From an uncultured virus (IMG/VR IMGVR_UViG_3300027728_000568) (Duplodnaviria; Heunggongvirae; Uroviricota; Caudoviricetes): 64,000 nt of DNA. The notes below the pieces were generated by a model. That model was not told the origin of the DNA and searched no databases. It saw only the letters and a program-made list of their open reading frames with translations. The position numbers and the translations under genes are program-made. This document shows positions 57,547-64,000 of the stretch, one piece after another. Within the stretch, counting starts at the first letter, position 1, and the number at the start of each line of letters is the position of its first letter. The DNA lies in IMG/VR virus record IMGVR_UViG_3300027728_000568; one strand, given 5' to 3'.

Positions 57547-59007
57547 TCATTGCCAGTTTAATTTTTCCTGAGTATAAGGATATTCAGCATCATTATAGTA
57601 GGCCTTGCGCTTGGCCAGGTGGCGTTTGCTGAATCTGCAGGTTGATGTGATATCCCAAATCTGCACATGATCTTTGTCTTCGGCTTTTCTGATGCCACGA
57701 CCAATTGATTGAATTACTCTGGTGAAACTTTTTCCCGACTCGATCATGACCAAATTAAAGATTCTTGGTATGTTAATACCCACTGCTGCTACACCATATG
57801 TGGCCACAATAATTTTGCCAGTGGCTGTGGCCACTTCGTCGTATTCTTCCTGCCGCGCAGCACCTTTGGTTGCACCCGAAACAAACACTGCTCGATCACC
57901 CAGCCTTGCAACTAATTCATGCCCGGGTGCCACTCGATCTACCAACACTAGAGTGTTACCAGTTTCATTAACTTGCAATACCAACTTAGCAATGGCATCC
58001 AAGCGCCCTGATTCTTCTAATAGATATTTTAGTTCTTGCTGATAAGTCTTGTGTTCTACTGTGTCTACCATTTGCACTACATTCACGTGACATTGTGCCA
58101 ACACACCTCGATCTTGAAGTTCACTGGCAGCCAGTTTTGAAATCACTGGACCAAGACTTACTAGCAATGCCTGACTTTCAAACGTTTCTTTGGGTATAGT
58201 TCCTGTCAATCCCCATCGAATCGGCACTTGCGCCATCACCGTGGTCAACAAGGTTTTTAATGCATCTGCTTTGGCCATGTGTACTTCGTCTACTATTACA
58301 CAAACAACATCTTCAATGAATTCTTGTATGGTGCAATCACCTATGCCGTTCTTAGTATTCTTCATGAGATTGTTTAGACTTTGCCAGGTGCATATGGTGT
58401 GACTCCGGCCATATTCTTTTCTATCTCCAAAATAAACACCCACATCTAGTTCCATGTTGATGTAGTCTTTTTCTGTTTGTGTCACAAGACTTTTGTTGGG
58501 TACAATCACAATGCTGCGACCATACTTGCTCACAGCATCACTCAGTGCAGCAGTCATAATGGTCTTGCCTGCACCAGTGGCCACTTCTTGTAGGCATTGC
58601 GGGTTGGCTAGAAAATTATTGATAATTTCCACCTGATAGTCACGTAGCTCAATGGGTTTGCCTGCCATTGGGTGCTTGTCTGGCCAAGCTTTGTGGGCAT
58701 AGGTCTGTTCGTGTACTTGATCAAACTCAAATGTGGTTGTGTAGGTGCGTTGGTCATCTAGCTCAACATCATAATTGTGTTTATCTAGAATGGGTAAAAT
58801 TTCAGGCAACAAGTTTACATAAGTGCTGCCACCAAGTTGGAAGTAGGCCACTTTACCATCCCAGCGTCCCAGTCTCACTGCTGGTAGATACCGTGCGTAA
58901 GGTACATCGTATTTGAATTTCTTTACTAGATCTCTGCGAGTGTCGAGATCCAGACCTTCAATTTTGATGTTGACTTCGTCTCGGATTATTATGGTTGCTT
59001 TTTTCAT
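57547..59007 (-). CDS. uvsW: SF2 DNA helicase (UvsW-like)
   Basis: WDG, LRDYQ, ATGAGKT, DEVH, GLTGT, QSIGRGIR. Confidence 0.9.
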   Translation of the reverse strand: MKKATIIIRDEVNIKIEGLDLDTRRDLVKKFKYDVPYARYLPAVRLGRWDGKVAYFQLGGSTYVNLLPEILPILDKHNYDVELDDQRTYTTTFEFDQVHEQTYAHKAWPDKHPMAGKPIELRDYQVEIINNFLANPQCLQEVATGAGKTIMTAALSDAVSKYGRSIVIVPNKSLVTQTEKDYINMELDVGVYFGDRKEYGRSHTICTWQSLNNLMKNTKNGIGDCTIQEFIEDVVCVIVDEVHMAKADALKTLLTTVMAQVPIRWGLTGTIPKETFESQALLVSLGPVISKLAASELQDRGVLAQCHVNVVQMVDTVEHKTYQQELKYLLEESGRLDAIAKLVLQVNETGNTLVLVDRVAPGHELVARLGDRAVFVSGATKGAARQEEYDEVATATGKIIVATYGVAAVGINIPRIFNLVMIESGKSFTRVIQSIGRGIRKAEDKDHVQIWDITSTCRFSKRHLAKRKAYYNDAEYPYTQEKLNWQ

Positions 59008-59867
59008 TCAATAGATACTCGGGTGATATGTTGTCGTGATGCAATGAGATTGATTATCTCTTCTTGTGTTCTGTTGTCTTGTAAATCTGCTACTGGATAT
59101 CTTAATGGTAATGCATATACATTGTACACATTTGCGATGCCGCGAGCAACAAAAAACTCTCGATGTTGTTGAATATATTTTTCTATAGAATCCAATTTTG
59201 AAGAATTATCAATATTATAAAACGGAATAAAAAAATCTGCAGAGTATCGTTGCCAGGGTTGGAATGCATCGTTACTAATGTATTGATCGTTATCGTATGT
59301 GAGATCTTCAAGAGTCTTTCCTATCTCCACATAGTTCAAACACACAGTACCAAACGGCACTTTCAACGAACCATATTCGACGGCTGTGTCAAGATCCAGT
59401 TTGTATAGTTTAGGCATACCGAACCAAGTGCAGACCAGTCTGGGGCGATTATATCGTAAACTCTCGCATCTATGCACAGCTATGTTAAGATTAGCCAATG
59501 CTGCACGAACAGTGTGCGGAGCCTGCAGCCAGAACTCATGATTTTGTTGATCTAACAATCCATGATAAGTTTCAAATACATGATGCAGATAATTAAGATA
59601 ATCCTGATCAGTAACTGAAGTAAAAGGCCTATCAATGATTGTCTGATAGGAGTTGATTACATTCACACACTCAAGTATGTAACTTTCTGCTTGATGTGAC
59701 TGGTGTTCTAGTGAGTTGAACCCATAAAATCTTTTAGGGTCGTCTAATGACCAACTATTGCGTATGCTCATACGTTCCAACCAGGCCGCCGCAATAGGAG
59801 TATCTCTCAGTTTAAAACGTAAACTTATAGGATCGTGATTGCCCAGTTCTAACACAAGATGAGTCAT
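59004..59867 (-). CDS. Hypothetical protein
   Basis: 287-aa ORF, ATGA overlap; LNYLH..FE, HRCE. Confidence 0.7.
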   Translation of the reverse strand: MTHLVLELGNHDPISLRFKLRDTPIAAAWLERMSIRNSWSLDDPKRFYGFNSLEHQSHQAESYILECVNVINSYQTIIDRPFTSVTDQDYLNYLHHVFETYHGLLDQQNHEFWLQAPHTVRAALANLNIAVHRCESLRYNRPRLVCTWFGMPKLYKLDLDTAVEYGSLKVPFGTVCLNYVEIGKTLEDLTYDNDQYISNDAFQPWQRYSADFFIPFYNIDNSSKLDSIEKYIQQHREFFVARGIANVYNVYALPLRYPVADLQDNRTQEEIINLIASRQHITRVSIE

Positions 59868-59899
59868 AGTACAATATATAGTAGATATAAATAAAAGTC

Positions 59900-59925
59900 A
59901 AAAAAACAGGCACCGAAGTGCCTGT
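59900..59925 (-). terminator. Intrinsic terminator
   Basis: Minus strand ACAGGCAC-TTCG-GTGCCTGT followed by a T-run (UUCG tetraloop). Confidence 0.85.
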
Positions 59926-59985
59926 ATAAAAGAGTCGCCGGGCTAGAAAAACTTTAGCGACTCTATTTGGGATAAACCCAAAATC

Positions 59986-60093
59986 TTACTTGGCATTGAT
60001 CTGAATTTGAAAGCCAGCTTCTGCAGCCTCATCGGCTTCATACTCTGTATTCACAGCATACAAAAACATATCACCATCCCAAATCTCGTACAT
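59986..60093 (-). CDS. 35-aa acidic protein missing from the ORF track (MYEIWDGDMFLYAVNTEYEADEAAEAGFQIQINAK)
   Basis: AAGGA RBS; fills the operon gap. Confidence 0.6.
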   Translation of the reverse strand: MYEIWDGDMFLYAVNTEYEADEAAEAGFQIQINAK

Positions 60094-60101
60094 ATCGTTC
60101 C

Positions 60102-60254
60102 TTAAAAAATTGCATTGGCCGCAGCAGCAACGTTCCATGCACTGAAAAAAATGTTTACCCAGCCTAGCGTGTTGTTTCCGTTTTCAAAGTCACGTTTGGC
60201 CCATTTGAGCATGAGCCATGTAAGAAAAATATTTAAAATGACCCAGCCACTCAT
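60102..60254 (-). CDS. 50-aa membrane protein missing from the ORF track
   Basis: TAATG coupling; MSGWVILNIFLTWLML... two hydrophobic segments. Confidence 0.6.
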   Translation of the reverse strand: MSGWVILNIFLTWLMLKWAKRDFENGNNTLGWVNIFFSAWNVAAAANAIF

Positions 60255-60358
60255 TATATCACCGCAATCAAAAAAATCAACAAAGCTACCACAGGATGTC
60301 CAAACAACAAGGCCATCATGGCTAGTATGGTGCCAAAGAAGGCCTTGTCGCTGTCCAT
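60254..60358 (-). CDS. 34-aa hydrophobic peptide
   Basis: MDSDKAFFGTILAMMALL...; starts 1 nt after the ATPase stop. Confidence 0.5.
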   Translation of the reverse strand: MDSDKAFFGTILAMMALLFGHPVVALLIFLIAVI

Positions 60359-60359
60359 C

Positions 60360-61382
60360 TTAGTCCCCAACACGCATACATGTAGTCTCTGCCAGTCGCT
60401 TCCAGTTGCCTTCGCTGAGTTTGCGCAGATCGGCAATCTTCAATGCCATACGCAAACTCATCTCACGCAAACGAGTCTGATTCTTTTCCATGAACTCAAA
60501 GATTGCATCTTGAGTTTCAGTCTCAAACTCATAATCCTTAAACAACACACCATCTTTGGCAATCTGCTTGATGCGCAAAATCTTGTCACGCATGGTGTCT
60601 AGAGTCAAGTCCAAGTAGTGGCAGCGACTTTGCAGTGCATCCAAGTGATCCCGCAGCTTCTGCGATTTCATAGTCTCAAACTTCAAGTTAGTGATAAAGA
60701 TCACACTGCCTTTGAACTCAAAACTGTCTGGGATGCCTTCACGACGCAGTGTAGAACTCTCGCTCAACCAAGAAATTTTACGTTTCTTGCCAGAGTCCAA
60801 TGCACCTTTCAGCAAGTTCAGTGCAACGTCATCTACAAGAATGCTGTCGCAGTCATCAAACACCAGCACACAGTTTTCGTCTGAATACTTGTAAAGAGTT
60901 TGATACAAGCCAATAGGAGTAGCACTGCCTTTGACAACTTCTGCACGAATACGCTTGCCTGCAATGCGATCAAACAATGTGGCTTTGTCAATTTCTTGTT
61001 CAACACCAAAGCTCTTGCCTACGCCTGGAGGGCCACTTACGATCATGGCACGGATACCGCCGTCGATCGCAGCACGGGTCATTTCTGTGAGAATTTCAAA
61101 ACGCTCGCGGATACGATCCATTGCAGCTTGTTCAGTTTCTGCCACAAAAGACGTCACAGGTACCGCGGGCGTATGCACTGTATCACCATTTATCATTTCA
61201 TAGTCAGTGATAGCATCAACGCGAATGCGAACAGCAGCAGGGCAGTTGGGAAAGTTCCCGTCATTTTGCACTGTCACAAAGCCGCCTTTGGCACCTGTTT
61301 GAAACCCGTTAATCAGCGTGAAGCTTTGATTTTTAACAGACTTGCCGCGGTACTCGCCGCGAATAATACGAATTGCACTCAT
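60360..61382 (-). CDS. AAA+ family ATPase
   Basis: Walker A GPPGVGKS, Walker B LVFDDCD, sensor ITN, ALQSR. Confidence 0.88.
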   Translation of the reverse strand: MSAIRIIRGEYRGKSVKNQSFTLINGFQTGAKGGFVTVQNDGNFPNCPAAVRIRVDAITDYEMINGDTVHTPAVPVTSFVAETEQAAMDRIRERFEILTEMTRAAIDGGIRAMIVSGPPGVGKSFGVEQEIDKATLFDRIAGKRIRAEVVKGSATPIGLYQTLYKYSDENCVLVFDDCDSILVDDVALNLLKGALDSGKKRKISWLSESSTLRREGIPDSFEFKGSVIFITNLKFETMKSQKLRDHLDALQSRCHYLDLTLDTMRDKILRIKQIAKDGVLFKDYEFETETQDAIFEFMEKNQTRLREMSLRMALKIADLRKLSEGNWKRLAETTCMRVGD

Positions 61383-61414
61383 GGTTTCTAGCCCCGTTTT
61401 GTTAATATGTTACT

Positions 61415-61443
61415 ATTGTAGCAGTGGTTGAATTACCAGTCAA
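61415..61443 (-). promoter_or_regulatory. Sigma70 early promoter
   Basis: TTGACT-N17-TACAAT. Confidence 0.7.
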
Positions 61444-61544
61444 CTCCTTTTTACAGGATTTTTCCAACTTTTTTGCAAAAACTGTGGGTTTTTTGCCACA
61501 CTGTTTAGCAGTGTTTTTGTTGGTATCTTTGTTGACATGCAGAT

Positions 61545-61573
61545 ATTATAACGCAGATTGCATTAGTGGTCAA
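61545..61573 (-). promoter_or_regulatory. Sigma70 early promoter
   Basis: TTGACC-N17-TATAAT. Confidence 0.8.
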
Positions 61574-61580
61574 TGATCAT

Positions 61581-61606
61581 AAAAAAACCCTACAATCTGT
61601 AGGGTT
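61581..61606 (-). terminator. Intrinsic terminator
   Basis: Minus strand AACCCTACA-GAT-TGTAGGG followed by T7. Confidence 0.8.
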
Positions 61607-61624
61607 GTTGTGTGGTGTATTAAC

Positions 61625-62185
61625 TTATACGGGTGTGCTATTCCCTACAGGAACTGTGTCGTTGAATTTTTGAATATAAGCACCAAATGATACTATTTCA
61701 CCTCTGTAAATAAACATGCAACCTGGGCCAGTTTTACCAAAATTATCATCAATGTTATATCTGTCAGATATAACATTGCCGTTAACTAATGGTTGAGTAT
61801 CTATATTGTAAAGTACGAATGTATTTGCATTTCCCGGAATAGCAATGTACTTAGTAGGATCAGTGGGATCTATTTCAAAACTAATACAGTAATTTGAATA
61901 AATGCCTTGCAAGCATATATCTCCACCAGCACAAGTGAATTCCATCGGAACATTAATTGAATCATCTGTAGTGCCAGGAGCCCAATCGGCAATATCAAGA
62001 TCAAACACAGCTTCCGAGTACGGTGTTAATGTACTCAAAACCTGAGCCGGAAATGAATCCAAAGTTTCAGCCAAATAACCTGAAAATACTTCGTTACCAT
62101 TGGCCATAATGGTCACTAACGCTTGCCCAAGACTGCCATCACAGTTACTAACTTGAAATCTTGCTTTTAATGTTTTAATACTCAT
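61625..62185 (-). CDS. Hypothetical beta-rich late protein
   Basis: TAAATA and AGGAG upstream; own terminator. Confidence 0.65.
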   Translation of the reverse strand: MSIKTLKARFQVSNCDGSLGQALVTIMANGNEVFSGYLAETLDSFPAQVLSTLTPYSEAVFDLDIADWAPGTTDDSINVPMEFTCAGGDICLQGIYSNYCISFEIDPTDPTKYIAIPGNANTFVLYNIDTQPLVNGNVISDRYNIDDNFGKTGPGCMFIYRGEIVSFGAYIQKFNDTVPVGNSTPV

Positions 62186-62213
62186 TCTGATATCTCCTGA
62201 TAATGTATTTATC

Positions 62214-63050
62214 TCAACACCAGTGTTTTTTTATTACAATATCGTCGGCTTCGTGCGGTTTAGGATCTCCATGAAATACTAACACACTGTTGCCGGGTGC
62301 AAGTATAGTACCACGCCCAGGGCGATTATAAGTTCTATTTTTAAAATTCATTCCGCCATCTAATGCAGTCCATCTCCAACTTACAATTCGGTCTGAATCC
62401 ATAAATTGGCGTTTTTCTGGAGCAATTACTGATGTAAGATATTCCTGATCACCACCGTGTTGATATCTGCTGATTATTTTGTTAGCACCATTTTGTTCAA
62501 AGTTTGACCACACATGAGACCATTTGGTAGTGTCCCAATACATCACAGATGAGTTCATATTTTGTATATCTGATTTCCATAGCATTCTGAAATCTCGTAT
62601 GGTCCAAAAATAAAATGGGCTGAGATCCACAATCCAATCTATATTGTCAACAATTACAGTATCTAGATCAAAGTACAACAATTGTCCTTGATGGTGTACT
62701 GGATTGAACATTTGCATTTTGTACCACCAGCTGCGTTTGCGACCACTTATGCCTGTCCATTCTGTCAAATCATGTTTGACCATATGCGGTGGCACTGGTC
62801 GGCTGGGTTCTGTATACACATGCAATCTCACGCCACGTGTCAAATGGCGACTCAACATGCTGTGTAATTTTTCTACGTAAACCCAATCGTATCCATTACC
62901 ATGTATAACACAGGCACAATCAACAGGTCCAGTTGTGTCAGACACAGTAGGAGCAATATATCCAGGTAGTTTTTTTGCTCGATGTGCTGCTCTTTCAGCA
63001 CGGTGCCTTTCTTTTTCTTGTTTTTTAGATAGTTCCTGGTGATATGACAT
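62214..63050 (-). CDS. GT-A fold glycosyltransferase (GT8-like)
   Basis: WWYKM, YFDLD (DxD), NSSVM, GDQ, VFHGDPKP. Confidence 0.82.
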   Translation of the reverse strand: MSYHQELSKKQEKERHRAERAAHRAKKLPGYIAPTVSDTTGPVDCACVIHGNGYDWVYVEKLHSMLSRHLTRGVRLHVYTEPSRPVPPHMVKHDLTEWTGISGRKRSWWYKMQMFNPVHHQGQLLYFDLDTVIVDNIDWIVDLSPFYFWTIRDFRMLWKSDIQNMNSSVMYWDTTKWSHVWSNFEQNGANKIISRYQHGGDQEYLTSVIAPEKRQFMDSDRIVSWRWTALDGGMNFKNRTYNRPGRGTILAPGNSVLVFHGDPKPHEADDIVIKKHWC

Positions 63051-63092
63051 ATGTAATAATTATCTGTTGGCCCCGAGACATAAATATCTTTA

Positions 63093-63779
63093 ATGATACC
63101 TAAAATTATACACCATGTGTGGCCCGGTGCTGACCCATTTAGAAAAAAGTTTCACTCATGGCGTAATAGTTGGATGAAGGAACATCCCGATTGGACATTT
63201 CATTTCTGGCGGTTGGACAATTTACCCAACCATATTAATCCTGACGTAAAACAAGCTGTAAACGATCCTGGGTTTGCATTGTGCCCAAAATCAGACATGA
63301 TAAGATTTGAAATAGTGAGATTGTTTGGTGGCATTTATGTAGATACTGACATGGAATGTCTTAAATCATTTGAGCCATTTCTCAAGCACTCGTTCTTCAC
63401 CGGGCACGAAGATGATCAGCGCAGGATATGCCCTAGTGTGTTTGGAGCAGAACCCAACCATCCTATATTAACTCAAATGTCATTGACCAGTGTTGCCAAC
63501 TCCCAACGTTACGGGTATGAATTGTGTAACACACAACCACACAAATATACTAGTGTAAAACCCTTTACTAAAATAGTACGAGCACACATAGCACAACTTA
63601 CCGAGCCTGTTGATGCTGCCGGGGTTGAATTGATCAAGGTATACGATCGAAATTACTTTTATCCTGTTTATTACAATGAAAAACATCGATTAACAGAAGA
63701 GACTCCCGAATCTTATGCCAAGCATCACTGGACTGGTAATGACCCTGACGGCTGGACCAACGGGCCAAAGTTTGCTTGA
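63093..63779 (+). CDS. GT32 (OCH1-like) glycosyltransferase
   Basis: MIPKIIHHVW, SDMIR, GGIYVDTD, HHWTG. Confidence 0.88.
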   Translation: MIPKIIHHVWPGADPFRKKFHSWRNSWMKEHPDWTFHFWRLDNLPNHINPDVKQAVNDPGFALCPKSDMIRFEIVRLFGGIYVDTDMECLKSFEPFLKHSFFTGHEDDQRRICPSVFGAEPNHPILTQMSLTSVANSQRYGYELCNTQPHKYTSVKPFTKIVRAHIAQLTEPVDAAGVELIKVYDRNYFYPVYYNEKHRLTEETPESYAKHHWTGNDPDGWTNGPKFA

Positions 63780-64000
63780 TCTGACCACCATTGGTAGTGT
63801 TTGATCACTGCCATTACATTGTTGGGATATGGGTAATCAACATAATCAGTCTTGCATTTATGATTGATAGCTTGGTCGGGATTTCCAGTTTTAAATGATG
63901 CCAACACTTGGTCAGGATCTCTGTATTGACTTTCAATATTGCTGATCACTTTGCTTTGTATCCGCGTGTCATTTCCCATCCAAGTCCAATGCCATCCTGC
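63725..64000 (-). CDS. C-terminal part of a GT17-like glycosyltransferase (continues beyond the window)
   Basis: Frame open to the window end; AGWHWTWMG...IQSK motif resembles GT17 GWHxSxxG. Confidence 0.5.
   Translation of the reverse strand, partial: AGWHWTWMGNDTRIQSKVISNIESQYRDPDQVLASFKTGNPDQAINHKCKTDYVDYPYPNNVMAVIKHYQWWSDQANFGPLVQPSGSLPVQ

Noticed and set aside
61440..61538. 32-codon leaderless ORF after the 61545 promoter
   Set aside because: Overlaps regulatory sequence and has no recognisable features; insufficient support
1..64000. Stop-codon reassignment
   Set aside because: Conserved genes are full length in code 11, and TAA, TGA and TAG all end genes
1..64000. Bacterial chromosome origin suggested by many host-like genes
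   Set aside because: Host-like genes are isolated from their usual operons and interleaved with T4-like helicase, primase, UvsW, PAAR and late promoters

Overview
This is a 64 kb segment of a large, T4-like contractile-tailed dsDNA bacteriophage, gene-dense, mostly on the minus strand, in the standard genetic code. The porin, AhpC/AhpD and PstS resemble betaproteobacterial proteins, suggesting an aquatic Gram-negative host (inference). Replication and nucleotide genes include ATP-dependent ligase, gp41-like helicase, gp61-like primase, UvsW-like helicase, class Ia RNR with glutaredoxin, an exonuclease and a miniature DnaE core. Virion genes include PAAR and tail/baseplate-like proteins. An early region of small ORFs is driven by repeated sigma70 promoters. 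Host-like genes are abundant: desaturase, CHASE2 cyclase, glyA, ahpC/ahpD, pstS, uvsE, clpS/clpX/hsp20, iscA/iscU, porin, radical SAM enzymes and glycosyltransferases. The main highlight is nrdA, broken into two genes by a free-standing GIY-YIG endonuclease and apparently rejoined by an atypically split intein (19-aa IntN, 135-aa IntC). Other highlights are a Pho-box-preceded pstS-plcP-agt-like lipid-remodelling cassette, a ROSE-like thermometer on hsp20, a 189-aa C-family polymerase core, a stand-alone copy of the cyclase C-terminal domain and a structured ~185-nt candidate ncRNA. All calls come from reading motifs by eye; no database searches were run. No tRNA, rRNA or CRISPR array was recognised.
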